Origin: Eledone cirrhosa
Lineage: Eukaryota
Reading direction: 5' to 3'
DNA: 64,000 nucleotides
NCBI GenBank assembly: GCA_964016885.1
Contig: OZ024741.1
Span: 24,180,001 to 24,244,000, forward strand
Shown here: positions 62,001 through 64,000 of the stretch, piece by piece
Position numbering within the stretch: the first letter of the stretch is position 1
How the letters are laid out: each line of letters begins with the position of its first letter
Notes under the pieces: model-generated
What the model was told of the DNA's origin: nothing
Seen by the model: the letters and a program-made list of their open reading frames with translations, nothing else
Database searches by the model: none
Program-made: the position numbers and the translations under genes

Positions 62001-64000
62001 TATATAGTAAAAGACTGTGCTGCAGCCATGACCTAACCCTAATCCAGTACATATATAGTAAAAGACTGTGCTTCAGCTGTCACCTAACCCTAATCCAGTA
62101 CATATATAGTAAAAGACTGTGCTTCAGCCATGACCTAACCCTAATCCAGTACATATATAGTAAAAGACAGTGCCTCAGCTGTCACCTAACCCTAATCCAG
62201 TACATATATAGTAAAAGACTGTGCTTCAGCTGTCACCTAACCCTAATCCAGTACATATATAGTAAAAGACTGTGCTTCAGCTGTCACCTAACCCTAATCC
62301 AGTACATATATAGTAAAAGACTGTGCTTCAGCTGTCACCTAACCCTAATCCAGTACATATATAGTAAAAGACTGTGCTTCAGCTGTCACCTAACCCTTAT
62401 CCAGTACATATATAGTAAAAGACTGTGCTTCAGCCATGACCTAACCCTAATCCAGTACATATATAGTAAAAGACTGTGCTTCAGCCTTGACCGAACCCTA
62501 ATCCAGTACATATATAGAAAAAGACTGTGCTTCAGCTGTCACCTAACCCTAATCCAGTACATATATAATAAAAGAATGTGCTTCAGCCATGACCTAACCC
62601 TAATCCAGTACATATATAGTAAAACACTGTGTTTCAGCTGTCACCTATCTCTAATCCAGTACATATATAGTAAAAGACCGTATCTCATCCATGACCTAAC
62701 TCTAATCCAGTACATATATAGTAAAAGACTGTGCTTCAGCTGTCACCTAACTGTAATCCAGTACATATATAGTAAAAGACTGTGCTTCAGCTGTCACCTA
62801 ACCCTAATCCAGTACATATATAGTAAAAGACTGTGCTTCAGCCATGACCTAACCCTAATCCAGTACATATATAGTAAAAGACTGTGCTTCAGCTGTTACC
62901 TAACCCTAATCCAGTACATATATAGTAAAAGACTGTGCTTCAGCTGTCACCTAACCCTAATCCAGTACATATATAGTAAAAGACTGTGCTTCAGCCATGA
63001 CCTAACCCTAATCCAGTACATATATAGTAAAAGACAGTGCCTCAGCTGTCACCTAACCCTAATCCAGTACATATATAGCAAAAGACTGTGCTTCAGCTGT
63101 CACCTAACCCTAATCCAGTACATATATAGTAAAAGACTGTGCTTCAGCTGTCACCTAACCCTAATCCAGTACATATATAATAAAAGAATGTGCTTCAGCC
63201 ATGACCTAACCCTAATCCAGTACATATATAGTAAAAGACTGTGCTTCAGCTGTCACCTAACTCTAATCCAGTACATATATAGTAAAAGACTGTGCTTCAG
63301 CTGTCACCTAACTCTAATCCAGTACATATATAGTAAAAGACCGTGCTTCAGCTGTCACCTAACCTTAATCCAGTACATATATAGTAAAAGACCGTGCTTC
63401 AGCTGTCATCTAACCTTAATCCAGTACATATATAGTAAAAGACCGTGCTTCAGCTGTCACCTAACTCTAATCCAGTACATATATAGTAAAAGACTGTGCT
63501 GCAGCCATGACCTAACCTTCATCCAGTACATATATAGTAAAAGACTGTGCTTCAGCTGTCACCTAACTCTAATCCAGTACATATATAGTAAAAGACCGTG
63601 CTTCAGCTGTCACCTAACCTTAATCCAGTACATATATAGTAAAAGACCGTGCTTCAGCTGTCACCTAACCCTAATCCAGTACATATATAGTAAAAGACTG
63701 TGCTTCAGCTGTCACCTAACTCTAATCCAGTACATATATAGTAAAAGACCGTGCTTCAGCTGTTACCTAACCCTAATCCAGTACATATATAGTAAAAGAC
63801 TGTGCTTCAGCTGTCACCTAACTCTAATCCAGTACATATATAGAAAAAGACTGTGCTTCAGCTGTCACCTAACTCTAATCCAGTACATATATAGTAAAAG
63901 ACCGTGCCTCAGCCATGACCTAACTCTAATCCAGTACATATATAGTAAAAGACTGTGCTTCAGCTGTCACCTAACCTTAATCCAGTACATATATAGTAAA
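41075..64000. repeat. 51-bp satellite (CCTAACCCTAATCCAGTACATATATAGTAAAAGACTGTGCTTCAGCTGTCA)n, ~450 units, runs off the right edge
   Basis: Unit and variants read directly. The long ORFs here arise because 51 is a multiple of 3 and one frame lacks stops. Confidence 0.98.

Noticed and set aside
41075-64000. CRISPR-like array (constant repeat plus variable part)
   Set aside because: The variable part is a few recurring alleles rather than unique spacers; the context is eukaryotic and there are no cas genes.

Overview
AT-rich, repeat-dense animal genomic DNA. It is probably a cephalopod (octopus-like), inferred from the SINE families and the single-exon multi-C2H2 gene; this is not proven. The window holds the last four coding exons of the F-actin capping protein beta gene (5909-9303, +) and a single-coding-exon gene with about 20 C2H2 zinc fingers and a 30-bp coding VNTR (22495-24990, +). 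A full-length but inactivated 4.18-kb LTR retrotransposon (33982-38164) is inserted with a 5-bp TSD inside a 40/41-bp minisatellite. There are many SINEs, MITEs and LINE fragments, several minisatellites, and a >22.9-kb 51-bp satellite with telomere-like CCTAACCCTAA cores and higher-order duplications running off the right end. The most interesting signal is that the LTR element has no canonical TGG primer-binding site: the 12 nt abutting its 5' LTR are the exact complement of the 5' end of metazoan tRNA-Phe. Also notable are a degenerate Penelope-type minimal hammerhead ribozyme, a ~390-bp intronic fold-back formed by two tail-to-tail SINEs, and several minisatellites caught arising inside mobile elements.
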